Below are positions 1 to 12,999 of a DNA stretch of 64,000 bases, piece after piece. The notes under the pieces were generated by a model. That model was given only the letters and a program-made list of their open reading frames with translations. It had not been told where the DNA came from and did not search any database. Numbering within the stretch: position 1 is the stretch's first letter; each line of letters begins with the position of its first letter. A program made the position numbers and the translations under genes. Source of the DNA: Azolla caroliniana (lineage: Eukaryota; Plantae; Polypodiophyta); the NCBI GenBank assembly GCA_043228905.1, contig JBHGNT010000007.1:12958001-13022000 (forward strand), in the 5' to 3' direction.

Positions 1-1332
1 AATCAGACCCCGGCAACGGAAACCGTTCCGGAGAGAAATGCGGCACAAGCCCAAGAGCTTGCGGATTTAAAGGATGAGCTAGTTGCCCAAGAAGCGCTGA
101 GGAGCCGCGAAAGAGAATTGAAGACGGCAGCGGAGGCAGAACTCAAAAAGACTGCTGAGAATCTACGCCGGGCCGAGGAGAGCTTACGGAAAGGCCACCA
201 AGCGTACGACCGGCTCAAGGAGGAGAAGGAGAAAATGCTGCAAGAGAAGGAGAGGCTCCGGAGGAACGCCGAAACAGAAGTAGAGCGCCTGAAAGAGGAA
301 CTCCGGCAGGTAAAGGACCGGGAGGACCGGAACCATCGCCAGATCAACGGCAAGCTCAAACAAAAAACGGAGGAATTTGAGCAATTGCACCGGGAGTATA
401 AACGGTTGCAAACGGAGCACAAGGAACGGACGGATGAGCTCCGGCAAGCAGTTGATCGGACCGCAACCGCATTTGCCAAGGAACAAGCGGAAAACAGAAG
501 ACGGTTGGAAGAGGCGGAGAAGGTTCGGACAGAGCTCCTCAGGCAACAGCAGGCGGAAAAAGAAAGAGCGGCGGAGGTACTGCAGAGGCTGCAAACGACA
601 TACCAAGGGCAGCTGACGCGCTACAGGGAGCAGGCGGAGGATACGGCAAATCTCATCAAGCAGTTGAAGGAGGAGCGACAAGTGGTGGAAAGCAGAGCAC
701 AAATGGGAGCAAGTCGCATCCAGGATATAATGCGGGCCTGGTTGAACCAGACCAAGAGCTTGATTGACAACGGTTCCGTCAAATGGTGGACCAAGTGGGC
801 CACGAACGCGGCGGAACTCCAATTGCTCCGGGCTGACGTAGAGAACCGGCGGAAGGAGGGAGATGATTGCTATATGCTGAATTCTGAAGACTTCACCGGC
901 ATAAGAGATGAGCTGGCCGAAGACTTTCAAGCCTTGGCGGAGGACCAACTAGAGCAAGTCCGGCAACTTGTAGCTCAGCTGGACGACGACAGGCTGGAGG
1001 CGCAGATCCAGTTTGAAAGTTACGAGAGGTCCCGGATCCGGGGAGAGAAAGAACGAGAACCGGTTACGGTCAACCTCAGTGATGAGGAACCGCTACTGGA
1101 AGGAGACCGGACCGGAAGCAGTCAAACGGAGATGCCGGAGTCAGAGAGACAAACGGAGCAGCCGGAGTCAGTGAAACAAACGGAGCAGCAGCAGCAAGCA
1201 GAACAGCCGGAGCAGCCTCAATCCCAACCGCAACCACAGCAGCAGCAGCAAGCACAGCCGCAACAACCACAACAAGAAGAACAAGTGGAAATTCTTGAAC
1301 AAAGTATTTTGGACAATTTGGGTGAACAATGA
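1..1332 (+). CDS. 5'-partial coiled-coil protein with Q/P-rich tail; probable extra 3' ORF of an LTR retrotransposon
   Basis: Frame is open from base 1 to the TGA at 1330-1332. E/K/R/Q-rich heptad-like protein that ends ~50 bp before the LTR at 1385. Confidence 0.7.
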   Translation, partial: NQTPATETVPERNAAQAQELADLKDELVAQEALRSRERELKTAAEAELKKTAENLRRAEESLRKGHQAYDRLKEEKEKMLQEKERLRRNAETEVERLKEELRQVKDREDRNHRQINGKLKQKTEEFEQLHREYKRLQTEHKERTDELRQAVDRTATAFAKEQAENRRRLEEAEKVRTELLRQQQAEKERAAEVLQRLQTTYQGQLTRYREQAEDTANLIKQLKEERQVVESRAQMGASRIQDIMRAWLNQTKSLIDNGSVKWWTKWATNAAELQLLRADVENRRKEGDDCYMLNSEDFTGIRDELAEDFQALAEDQLEQVRQLVAQLDDDRLEAQIQFESYERSRIRGEKEREPVTVNLSDEEPLLEGDRTGSSQTEMPESERQTEQPESVKQTEQQQQAEQPEQPQSQPQPQQQQQAQPQQPQQEEQVEILEQSILDNLGEQ

Positions 1333-1384
1333 AGGGGCCGAGAAGGGTTCGACGTACAAGGTACTGTCCCACGGGCGTGCCATG

Positions 1385-1803
1385 TGTTACCGGCCGGCAA
1401 GGAGTCCAAAATACGGAGTGAAGGAACTAATTAAGTATAGTTGTAATAAGCATAGTGTGGACGGACGGACTGGAAACGGTATGCCGTTCCAGATCCGGAC
1501 GGATCCCGAATAGGTGCGAGAGGCACCGTTTTGTACTACGGGCCGGAAACCTATTTAAAGGCCCGGACCCCATTGTAATCACAGCGGATAATTAATAGAG
1601 CTTATGATGTTTATACTTCTGTCTTGATTTCCGTTCTGTAATCACTGTTATATCTTACGCGTGTAATTAACCAAAGCAATCTAATCGTGTAACCTACGTA
1701 AGTCGGTGTAATCGTTGAATCTTAATCCTATGCTGTAATCACCCTTTGGTGAAGTGTCTCCGTGACACCTTGTGTTAGGCCTTGTCCGGCTAAGAGAATA
1801 ACA
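1385..1803 (+). mobile_element. 3' LTR of a Gypsy-like element
   Basis: TGTTA...TAACA termini; TATTTAAA at ~1552 followed by TTGTAA. Preceded by TGTCCCACGGGCGTGCCA-TG, the same motif that precedes the 3' LTR at 55042. Confidence 0.7.
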
Positions 1804-4800
1804 ATGTGGACATGAATTTCTCCATTCCTTTATGGAGACCTCACTCATGTATCATATAGATTGTGTACATAAATTTATTCACGTGAGAGAGGGAGTCAAG
1901 ACTTACTAATTAGAATTCCATATTTGTGGATGCCTTTATGGAAACTTGCCTCATATCTTATATAGAGTGTATATATGAATTTATGAATGCAACATGGGAA
2001 CTCAGTACTCAATGGTTAGAGCTCCATGTTACGATTGTGGAGATTTTGTTCCAATTTAAAATGACAAATTCCATGGTTAAAGTTAAGTGGTTAGAATTCC
2101 ATGTTATGGTCGTGGAGACCTAGGCTCGAAACCCAACAACCACACTATACATTCTAGTGAAAAATTTTAGACTCCCAATGGATGCGAGATACTAAGCTAC
2201 TTGCAAATCCCAAGAATCGTAACAACTTATTTTGAGCACGAAATTAGTCCCCAACAATGATTAATTTCAATTTAAGAACATTCGGTAGTTGTAGTTTAGT
2301 ACACGTTGTGGTCGTGGAGACCTACGCTCAACAAGAAATGAACTTTGCATTATACATTGATGTTGTAGGTACTTGACTCATATTACGTATAGAATGTGTA
2401 CATGAATTTGTGTGTGCAAATTCAAACAACCATAATAATTAATTTGAGCAAAAAAATCGAGTAAATGGTTAGAATTCCACGTTGTCACGGTGGAGACTTG
2501 GGCTTGAATCCCATTAAGCACACCGAAATTCAGCCTCTATTCACTTCTAAAAACTTTTGGATTTTGAATTAAGTAGGGTATGAAGTTGGCATATCATTGC
2601 TTTACATGTTGCACATTACACAATGATGTTGAGCAATCTTCGCTTGGATTTCATATAGAATGTGCACATGAATTTGTCGATGGCTTTATGGAGACCTGGC
2701 TCATTTGTCATATAGATTGGTTAGAATTCCACGTTGTGGCCGTGGAGACCTACGCTCAATAAGAAATGAACTTTGCATTATACATTGATGTCACAGGTAC
2801 TTCACTCATAAATTATGTATAGAATGTGTACATAAATTTGTGTGTGCAAATGCAAACAACCATAATAATTAATTTGAGCAAAAAAATCGAGTCAATGGTT
2901 AGAATTCCACGTTGTCACGGTGGAGACTTGGGCTTGAATTCTATTAAGCACAAAGAAATTCAGTTTATATTGACTTGTGAGAATTGTTGGATTTTGAATT
3001 GGGAAGGTATGAAGTTGGCATATCATTGCTTTACATGTTCTACATTACACAATGATGTTGTGCAATCTTCTCTCAGATTTCATATAGAACATGCACATGA
3101 ATTTGTCCATGGCTTCATGGAGACCTGGTTTATATATCATATAGATTGTGTACGTGAATTTATTCGCATGAGAGAGGAAGTTCCAATTTGATATGACAAA
3201 CTCCGTGATTGTAGTTTAGTGGTTAGAATTCCACATTATTGCTGGGGAGACCTGGGCTCAAATCCCAGTAACCATACTATACATTCTTGTGAAAATTCTT
3301 AAGACTCCCTATGGATGCGAGATAGTAAGCTACCTGCAAAGTAACCATACTATACATTCTTGTGAAAATTCTTAAGACTCCCTATGGATGCGAGATAGTA
3401 AGCTACCTGCAAATCCCAAGAACTGTAACAATTTATTTTGAGCAAGAAACTAGTCCCCAACAATGACCCTTTTCAATTAAAGAACATTCTGTAGTTGTAG
3501 TTTAGTGGTTAGAATTCTACATTGTGGCTGTGGAGACCTACGCTCAATAAGAAATGAACTTTGCATTATACATTGATGTCGCAGGTACTTGACTCGTATT
3601 ATGTATAAAATGTGTACATGAATTTGTGTGTGCAAATTCAAACAACCATAATAATTAATTTGAGCAAAAAAATCGAGTCAATGGTTAGGATTCCACGTTG
3701 TCACAGTGGAGACTTGGGCTTGACGCCCATTAAGCACACCGAAATTCAATCTATATTCACTTGTGAAAACATTTGGATTTTGAGTTAAGCAGGGTATGAA
3801 GTTGGCATATCATTCCTTTACATGTTCTACATTACACAACGATGTTGTGCAATCTTCGCTCAAATTTCATATAGAATGTGCACATGAATTTGTCCATAGC
3901 TTTATGGAGACCTGGCTTATATATCATATAGATTGTGTACATGAATTTATTCACATGAGAAAGGTAGTTCCAATTAAATATGGCAAACTCTGTGGTTGGA
4001 ATTTAGTGGTTAGAATTCCACGTTGATGTCAGGGTGACCTTGGCTCTAATCCTAGGAACCACACTATATAGTCTTGTGAAAATTCTTAGACTCCCAATGG
4101 ATGCGAGATAGTAAGCTACTTGCAAATCTCAAGAACTATAAAAATTTATTTTGAGGACGAAACTAGTGCCCCACAATGACTCTTTTCAATTTAAGAACAT
4201 TCGGTAGTTGTAGTTTACTAGTTAGAATTGCACGTTGTGGCCGTGGAGATATATGCTCAACAAGAAATGAACTTGGCATTATACATTTGTGTCGCAGGTA
4301 CTTGACTCATATTACGTATAGAATGTGTTAATGAATATGTGTGTGCAAATGCAAACAACCATAATAATTAATATTCGAGTCAATGGTTAGAATTCATGGT
4401 CGTAGCGATGGAGACTGGGGCTTGAATTCTATTAAGCACACCGAAATTCAATCTATATTGACTTGTGAAAACTGTTGGATTTTGGATTGGGTATGGTATG
4501 AAGTTGGCATATCATTGCTTTACATGTTGCACATTACACAATGATGTTGTGCAATCTTCGCTCAGATTTCATGTAGAATGTGCACATGAATTTGTCCATT
4601 GCTTTATGAAGACTTGGCTCATATATTATATAAATTGCCTACATGAATTTATTCACGTGAGAGAGGAAGTCAAGACTTAGTCATTAGAATTCCATATTTG
4701 TGGATGCCTTTATAGAGACTTGCCTCATATGTTATATAGAGTGTATATATGAATTTATGAATGCAACCTGCGAACTGAGTACTCAGTGGTTAGAACTCCA

Positions 4801-7586
4801 TGTTGCGGTTGTGGAGATTTAATTCCAATTAAATATGACAAACTTTGTGGTTGTAGTTTAGTGGTTAGAATTCCACGTTGTGGCCGTGGAGACCTGGGCT
4901 CGAATCCCAGCAACCACACTATAAAGTCTTGTGAAGATTCTTAGACTCCCAATGGATGCGAGACATGAAGCTAGCTCCAAATCCCAAGAATCGTAACAAT
5001 TTATTTTGAGGACAAAACTACTCCCCAACAATGATTCTTTATCATCTAAGAACATTAAATGGTTCTAGTTTAGTGTTTAGAATTCCACGTTGTGGTCGTA
5101 GAAACCTAGGCTTGACAAGAAATGAACTTGGCATTATACATTGATGGCGCAGGTACTTGACTCATATCACGTATAGAATGTGTACATGTATATGTGTGTG
5201 CATATGCAAACAACCATAATAATTAATTTGAGCAAAAAAAATCGAGTCAATGGTTTGAATTCCACGTCATCGTGGTGGAGACTTGGGCTTGAATCCCATA
5301 AAGCACACTGAAATTTAGTATATATTCACTTGTGAAAATGGTTGGATTTTTAATTGGGCGGGGTATGAAGTTGGCATATCATTGTTTTACATGTTGCACA
5401 TAACACAATGATGTCCTACAATGTTGGCTCAGATTTTATATAGAATGTGCACATGAACTTGTCCATTGCTTTATGGAGACTTGGCTCATATATTATGTAT
5501 ATAGATTGCGTACATGAATTTATTCACGTGAAAGACGAAGTCAAGATTTAGTGATTAGAATTCCATATTTGTGGATGCCTTTATCAAGACTTGCCTCATA
5601 TGTTATATAGAGTGTATATATGACTTTCTGAAGGCAAAATGTGAATTCATTTGTTAGAAGTCCATGTTGTGGTTGTGGGGATTTAGTTCCAATAAAATAT
5701 GCCTTTGTGGTTGTAGTTTAGTGGTTAGAATTCCACGTTGTGGCCGTGGAGACCTGGGCTCGAATCTCAGCAACCACACCATATATACTTGCGAAAATTC
5801 TTAGACTCCAAATGGATGCGAGTTAGCAACAAATCCCATGAACCGTAACAATTTATTTTAAGCATGAAACTAGTCCCCAACAATGATTCTTTTCCATCAA
5901 AAAACGCTCAGTGTTTGTAGTTTAGTGGTTAGAATTCCATGTTGTGGCCGTGGAGACTTGGGCTCGAATCCCAGCAACCACACGTTACATTATTGTGAAA
6001 ATTCTTAGACTCCCAATGAATGCAAGAAATGAACTGGGCATTATACATTTATGGCGTAGGTACTTGACTCAGGAACCACACCATATATACTTGCGAAAAT
6101 TCTTAGACTCCAAATGGATGCGAGTTAGGGCAAATCCGATGAACCGTAACAATTTATTTTAAGCATGAAGCTAGTCCCCAACAATGATTCTTTTCCATCT
6201 AAAAACATTCAGTGGTTGTAGTTTAGTGGTTAGAATTCCACGTTGTGGCCGTCGAGACCTGGGCTCAAATCCCAACAACCACACGTTACATTCTTGTGAA
6301 AATTCTTAAACTCCCAATGAATGCAAGAAATGAACTTGGCATTATACATTGATGGCGCAGGTACTTGACTCATATCACGTATAGAATGTGTACATGAATA
6401 TGTGTGCGCATATGCAAACAACCATAATAATTAATTTGAGCAAAAAAAATCGAGTCAATGGTTTGAATTCCACGTCGTCGTGGTGGAGACTTGGGCTTGA
6501 ATCCCATTAAGCACACTGAAATTTAGTATATATTCACTTGTGAAAACTGTTGGATTTTTAATTGGGCAGGGTATGAAGTTGGCATATCATTGCTTTACAT
6601 GTTGCACATAACACAATGATGTTGTGCAATGTTGGCTCAGATTTTATATAGAATTTGCACATGAATTTGTCCATGTCTTTATAGAGACTTGGCTCATATA
6701 TTATATAGATTGCGTACATGAATTATTCACGTGAGAGAGGAAGTCAAGACTTAGTGATTAGAATTCCATATTTGTGGATGCCTTTATAGAGACTCGCCTC
6801 ATATGTTATATAGAGTGTATGTATGAAGGCAACATGCGAATTCAGTGGTTAGAACTCCATGATACGGTTGTGGAGATTTTGTTCCAATTAAATATGACAA
6901 ACTTCATGGTTGTAGTTTAGTGGTTAGAATTCCACGTTGTGGTCGTGGAGACCTAGGCTCGAGTCTCAACAACCACACCATATATACTTATGAAAATTCT
7001 TAGACTTCCAATGGATGCAAGATATGAAGCTAGGTTCAAATCCCAAGAACCATAACAATTTATTTTGAGCAGAAAGTAGTCCCCAACAATGAGTTTTTTC
7101 CATCTAAGAACATTCGGTGGTTGTAGTTTAGTGGTTAGAATTGCATGTTATGTCCGTTGAGACGTACGCTTGACAAGAAATGAACTTTACATTATACATT
7201 GATGTCGCAAGTACTTGACTCATATTACGTATTGAATGTGTGTGTACATGTATTTGTGTGCGCAAATGCAAACAACCATAATAATTAATTTGAGCAAAAA
7301 AATCCAGTCAATGGTTAGAATTCCACGTTGTCACAGTGGACACTTGGGCTTGAATCCCATTAAGCACACCAAAATTCACTTTATATTCACTTGTGACAAC
7401 TGTTGGATTTTGAATTGGACAGGGTATGATGTTGGCATATCATGGCTTTACATGTTCCACATTACGCAATGATGTTGTGCAATCTTGCTTCATATTTCAT
7501 ATAAAATGTTCCCATGAATTTGTCCATGGCTTTATGGAAACTTGGCCCTTGTATCATATAGATTGTGCACATGAATTTATTCACGT
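1804..7586. repeat. Complex satellite, ~860-bp higher-order unit built of subunits sharing a GGTTAGAATTCCAC...GTGGAGAC core
   Basis: Equivalent subunits start at 4006, 4861 and 5721 (855 and 860 bp apart). The recurrent short ORFs (MKLAYHCFTC...) are repeat artefacts. Confidence 0.92.
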
Positions 7587-8525
7587 TGTCATGAAGGATT
7601 CCGGCCATATGAGGAAACGAAGCCAGATGTGTGTGAATGCGGTTGTGGACAAGTGCACATCTTTTGTACAAACTTATGTAAATAGCATAGTAATCATAGG
7701 GTTTTGGTGATTACTAGAAAAGAACGATTCGATAGGTACTTTAGTACCACACGGATGAGAAAATCGAGTGGAGATCTGTGAGAAAATCGGGCTTCCCTTG
7801 TGTTATAAAACGAGAGGCCTTGAATTGTTTTGGGGATTCGGGATTTGGGAGGAGGAAGCTCGTTTGAGTGCCAAAGCTCTCTGTCCTCTCTCGGTACTAT
7901 GCTCTATAATGGGGAACAAAAGGGGAATCCTCTGCTCGCGTTTGAAGCCCACGTGCCTCCGACCAAAGGATCATCATTCTTTGTGTGGCGATGTCTGTTG
8001 AGCTTAGAGCTCCTTCCCCGACTGCACTCGGTTGTACTCACTGTGTGTTCTACACCTAATCGAATTGTGACTCGTTGTTCTAACTCTGTGTTCTTTCCTC
8101 ATCTTTCTTGTTCTATTATGTTATGTTTGGTTCTATGTCTGTTTGGGTCCAAGCGACCTTAGGATCTTCCGAGGTCGCGTGCAAGTGGAGACAGTCGGTT
8201 GGCTCCACTTCCCTTTTTCTTCCTCTTTGTTCAACTCCTTGGTTCAAGTCCCCCGTGGTCCTGCCCCATTTCTAGGCATACGCGCGGACTCCATTGTTGC
8301 ATGAGTTTGAGATGATGATTCCATTTAATGGTGTTCCTATAAAACTCAATCAACTCATATCAATCACTCAAATAGCACATATAGTTCCTTCTTTGCTATA
8401 AGATGTTATATAGAATTGAATTAGATTACTAAAAATCACCCATAGAATTTCCTGATTTAATCAGCACATGAAGGTCATCATGCATCAAAAGATTAAAGAG
8501 AGACCATATGTCTTAACGCATGACA
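7587..8525 (+). mobile_element. Possible LTR-like insertion terminating the satellite
   Basis: TGTCATG at 7587, CATGACA ending 8525, TATAAAA at ~7804. No TSD found, so the right boundary is uncertain. Confidence 0.35.
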
Positions 8526-8904
8526 AGGAAAGATACACTACACTACTGAATTAGGCGAACACAATAGATAGATTTCATGGACACATTCTACAATTACATG
8601 ATCCAAATATCTTATTATAAATCCATTAAAATGACATTTCTGACTGACAATATCAATCCATTGTCCATATAGTTAAAAACAAAAACCAATTAAACACCAC
8701 ATTTCTATCTGATAATATCAACCCATTATCTAAGTTGCATGAAAAAAATCATGAACTTGCATTTATTGATTGTGTACAATCCTGAACATTGATTTGCCAT
8801 CACAAACATCCCAAATTTCAATTAACGTATGCAAATGGCCACCAAATGAAATAGCAAGGCATCATTTTTGCATAAAACGGATTGCTTTCTTTTTTCTGAT
8901 CAAG

Positions 8905-9054
8905 GTGAAGGAAAGCCAACGAAGATAGTGGATGTTGGATGTGGTATTGGTGGTAGCGTGGAAGTATGGAGTTGAGGTAGTAGGCATTACTCTCAATCCA
9001 AAGCAGGCTCGGAGAGCAACTGAGATTTCTGCATCAGTAGGTTTATCCAACAAG
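8905..9054 (+). pseudogene. VTE4: Orphan frameshifted exon of gamma-tocopherol methyltransferase (VTE4-like)
   Basis: AG acceptor at 8903-8904, then GEGKPTKIVDVGCGIGGS / frameshift / KYGVEVVGITLNPKQARRATEISASVGLSNK, then GT donor at 9055. Matches the SAM-binding exon of plant gamma-TMT. Confidence 0.75.
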
Positions 9055-10524
9055 GTATAACACATAATGTCATCTTAAATACACTTATATCTTGATACTG
9101 TGTGACTTCTACTGAAGACCATATCTTATAATGAGATCATATAATTATCTATGTTAGAATTCATGTTTTCTGGCTATGGATATTTCAGCTATCTTGGATA
9201 GTTTCTAAATATCTGGTTCTAGAACGTGCTGCTATTTTATTATTTCTCAGTGTAAATTCATGCTTTTGGTTGTGGATATGCTAGATGAGTAGCTTAACTT
9301 CCAAATTTTTGGTCTTAGACCTTTCCTATGAGCCATTTTTTTTAATATTATTTTATGTCCATGTTCTTTTTAACTATTTTCACAAAGGATCCTCTATGGA
9401 TCAGCTTCTTAGATGAATTATGGTTGTTAGACCATGGAAGTTTGAGGTGATAACATGTCTATAACAGGTTAGAACTCATGAATTTTAGTTGTGGATATTT
9501 AAGCTATGTAAATCAATTTCCAAATTTCGGGTTCCAAATCTTTCTTATGACCTACATGAAGAGAATAGAAAGAGTGCCATCCCTACTCATAGAATGAATC
9601 TCACTTTAGGAGGAGCTTCCTATGGCACTATAATAAAAGAAGAAGAATGAATTATCAGACCACAAGAAGAAGTATTCAAACTTGTTTATGATAAGCCTCC
9701 TCTTCCACCCCATCAGAATAAGAGGATTAACACCAAAGTTCATTCCTAGACAAAAAGCATTAGCTAAAAAATTATCATGTGATTTCCCAATTGCTGATTT
9801 GCAATTGAATCTTGCACCACCAACTATTGAACACCCTGTTACTTGAGAATCTACTATCAAAACACTGAACATTAAGACGAGAAAAGTAACCTTGAAGCTT
9901 GAAAGCTCACATACATCTAAAATAGATGATACATCCTCATCTATATCAAGTTTACCTTGGGAATCTTTCCAAAAGCAGGTGGTCCTTTAGAAAGAGTAAA
10001 GGATCACATCATGGATATGTACACACAATCTCACGAAAACCTAACAAATCAGAGTGTATCTCAGGTAGTATTGAGTACAGAATATACATCCATCCTAGCA
10101 TATCTTAAGGAAATCATTCAAATACATTGTTTCCTCCTTCAATAATAATATTCTAGAATATTGCCAAGATACAAAACTTATATGTGAGAGAGAGGGTGTT
10201 TGATCCATAGCTGTGTTATAGCAGCAACAGTAAGAGGTTGAGGTAGAAGTGTGGAGTGGAGTATGGAGGTATAATTTGTGAGGAAGATAGAATGATAGGA
10301 AGAGGGATGAAGTGGTTGTTAGCCTATTGCCACCTCCACAATGCACTTCCTCTTCAAATTTCTTGCACAGATGAGTTGGTAACAGAGGGATGAGTTTTAA
10401 TTTTTAAAATTAAAACTTGAAAGTGACCACTGAGAAGTTAGAACGTAGAGACTAGTGTGAAAAACTAGGGCCCAAGGGCTAGCAGTATATATGAACCTAT
10501 AAATTGAACCACATATATAAGGAA

Positions 10525-10692
10525 TTGATAAACCGATAAACCGTCAAATTCAAAACCGAACCGAACCAAAACCAAACCGACCTAACACTTTTTAAACCAA
10601 ACCAAACTATCTATTTATATTTGAATCGATAAACCGTTAATCCATGGTTTAATGCTTCGGTTCGGTTTGAGCCGAAACCGTGCCCATTGCTA
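10525..10692 (-). mobile_element. hAT-like transposon end
   Basis: Minus-strand terminus TAGCAATGGGCACGG with dense AACCG/CGGTT subterminal repeats in both orientations. Confidence 0.55.
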
Positions 10693-12175
10693 ACCATAGG
10701 GGAAGATATAGCCCGATGTTGACTTTTGATTCTCTGAGTTGGTGTAGCCTTCAACTTCGGTCGGATTTGCTGATCTGAAAGTCAATTGTGCATCTTTGGT
10801 TCCTCTTAGGTACTTAAAGATGTGCTTGAAGGCCTCCCAATGCTTCCATCTTGGGTTTGACATGTACCAGCTGAAGACCTCTACGGCATATGCAAGGTCG
10901 GGTCGAGTCGTCATCATTGCGTAGATGATACTTCCTACAACCAATGTGTAGGGTATCTTTCCATTAAGCTCTTTCTCCTCATTCGTTGAAGGAGAGTATT
11001 TGTTCGATAGTCGGATCAACTTCAGAAGCGGTATTGGTGCTGGCTTGGATTTTTCCATGTTGAAGCACCCCAACACCTTTCATATGCAGTGAGACTGGGA
11101 GAGTCGAAGAGTCTTTTTCTTCTGATTTTTCTCTATCCTCATGCCCAGTATATGTCGGGCTTGTCCAAGTTCCTTCATCGCAAACTTGTTGTGTTTAACA
11201 TATTTAACGTTTAAATACGTACAATACCTCATCATTTGTATAGTACGTACTATACCTCAATGTTGTTCAATCAAATATCATGTACATTTGTCCAATACGC
11301 TATTTAACATATTTATAAAAAAACAGGTATAATACGTATTTATAAAGAAAATGTAAGTAAACCCCAACAAAAAGCAAAAGAAAAAAAAGATTTGAGTGAA
11401 AAAGAAGCCAAAGGAAGGAAGAAAGAATAGAAGAGACGACGATGAAGAAGATGAAGAAGAAGAAGAAGAAGAGAGAAAAGAAGACATAAACTTGTCCTGA
11501 CTTTGAGTGTGATAATCGCCGAACATAGAAGAAGAAGAAGAAGAAGAAGAAAACGAAGAAAAGAGAAACTTATCATGTGTGATAATTGTAGACGATTCCT
11601 CAATCTATGAAGGCATAATTGTAAATAATTACAATTTGAAGTAGAACATCGTGATACACACTTACATTGATTAATAGAATAAGGGAATGTCGACATCCAT
11701 ATTACTACAAGTAGTTTAGGATGTGAAATGTTCAAATGTCTTATGTGCATTTTAGGATGTAGAACTATACTGTACATCACAAAATTGGGTAAACATAGAT
11801 GTTTTTTATAATATTATAGATATTTTTAAGAAAGGTAAATAATTTTCAAATTTTAGAAGTATTTAATGTACTATATGTAAAATACGTATTTTATAAGTAT
11901 TTATCATATTAAAAAAATGTATTTAACATATTTTTAAATTGGGAGGTACTATACGTGTATTAATACGTTATATACACGTACCTAATGTACCTAATAACCT
12001 TGGTTGGTAGTTCGACCAACTCCCATGTTTGATTTTGGCGAATGAGTCCATCTCAGATTGCATGACTTGTAGCCATGTATCGGCGTCTGGTGTGGCTATA
12101 GCTTCTTCGTATGTGCTTGGTTCTTCCACATCGGTATAGTTGACGTAGTCGAGGCCCGGTTGATAGAACTCTGTT
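10693..12175 (-). mobile_element. Ty1/Copia RT/RNase H fragment, interrupted
   Basis: EPSTYEEAIA...WELVELP at ~12005-12130; PYTLVVGSIIYAMMTTRPDLAYAV...HWEAFKHIFKYLRGT...KSTSGYIF at 10693-11076. Confidence 0.9.
11190..12002 (-). mobile_element. AT-rich non-autonomous insertion (hAT/MITE-like) with (GAA)n tracts
   Basis: Replaces part of the Copia RT. Minus-strand end CAAGGTTATTAGG and repeated AATACGT motifs near both ends. Confidence 0.4.
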
Positions 12176-12463
12176 TGTTGTGAATTTAGTCCCTCCGGAT
12201 GGGATCCGGTTGAGAACCGGAGGAGCCGGATCAGACGAACCGGATAAAGAAACCGGATTCGGGAGGGATCCGGGTGAGATTCAGAAACTGGAACGAGTGA
12301 ATTTGGATGGATTCGATGCGAATTGGATCCAAGGACATATTTATAAATATGTTAGGATGAGCCCACTGAGGCTATATTTGTAAATGGCCCTAAGATCATA
12401 TAAGTATAAATATGACTTATGGAAATCACCTTATAGTGCGTGAGAGATCATTCTTGTTGTTGT
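12176..12463 (+). mobile_element. Partial Copia-type LTR
   Basis: TGTTG..GTCCCTCCGGATGGG start with CCGG-rich repeats and TTTGTAAAT/TATAAATA; similar to 16120-16666 (minus). Confidence 0.6.
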
Positions 12464-12960
12464 TGTCACGGACACACCAAGCACGGACTAGGATGGAGCA
12501 CAGATGATGGGGCTATGAGCGACGGATGAACTTGGAGCTAGATATGATGAGGCTACAAACTCTAGATGTTGTGAGTGACATGAGGGTATGAAGGTGGAAA
12601 TAAAGGTCAAGGTGACAAAGAAGAGGCGAAACGAGAATACTAGATTGACGTGTCAATGACGGGTGTTGAGTCCCTTGAAAGGGACCAAGGATGTTACAAG
12701 TATTTATACGATTCCGAGATTGAATATTTCTAGAATATACTCGAGAAATATCTCGAGAATATATCCGTTTAGGATATACCACAAAATAATTCTATAATAT
12801 ACTAATGACTAGAATATTCTTGATTGTACTATACACTAGATTCTACAATATATACAAGTTCAGAATCGAATGTGGACACTTCAAAAGAGTTTCCATATGG
12901 TTAACACAACAGAATGTATTGTGTGTGTTAAAAGTTAGAGTTTCAGTCTAGAATGTGACA
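12464..12960 (-). mobile_element. LTR
   Basis: TGTCAC...GTGACA inverted termini; TATAAATA on the minus strand near 12700. Confidence 0.65.
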
Positions 12961-12999
12961 GTCTTCCAACAATGGTCCAGGACGACATGTGTTGTCGAT

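Noticed and set aside
3-1409. Long minus-strand ORFs
   Set aside because: Antisense shadows of the coiled-coil ORF.
1804-7586. CRISPR-like alternation of conserved core and spacers
   Set aside because: Spacers are 40-250 bp and themselves repeat cyclically; no cas genes; eukaryotic context.
9560-10380. Possible coding remnant
   Set aside because: Multiple stops and no motif I recognise; left unassigned.
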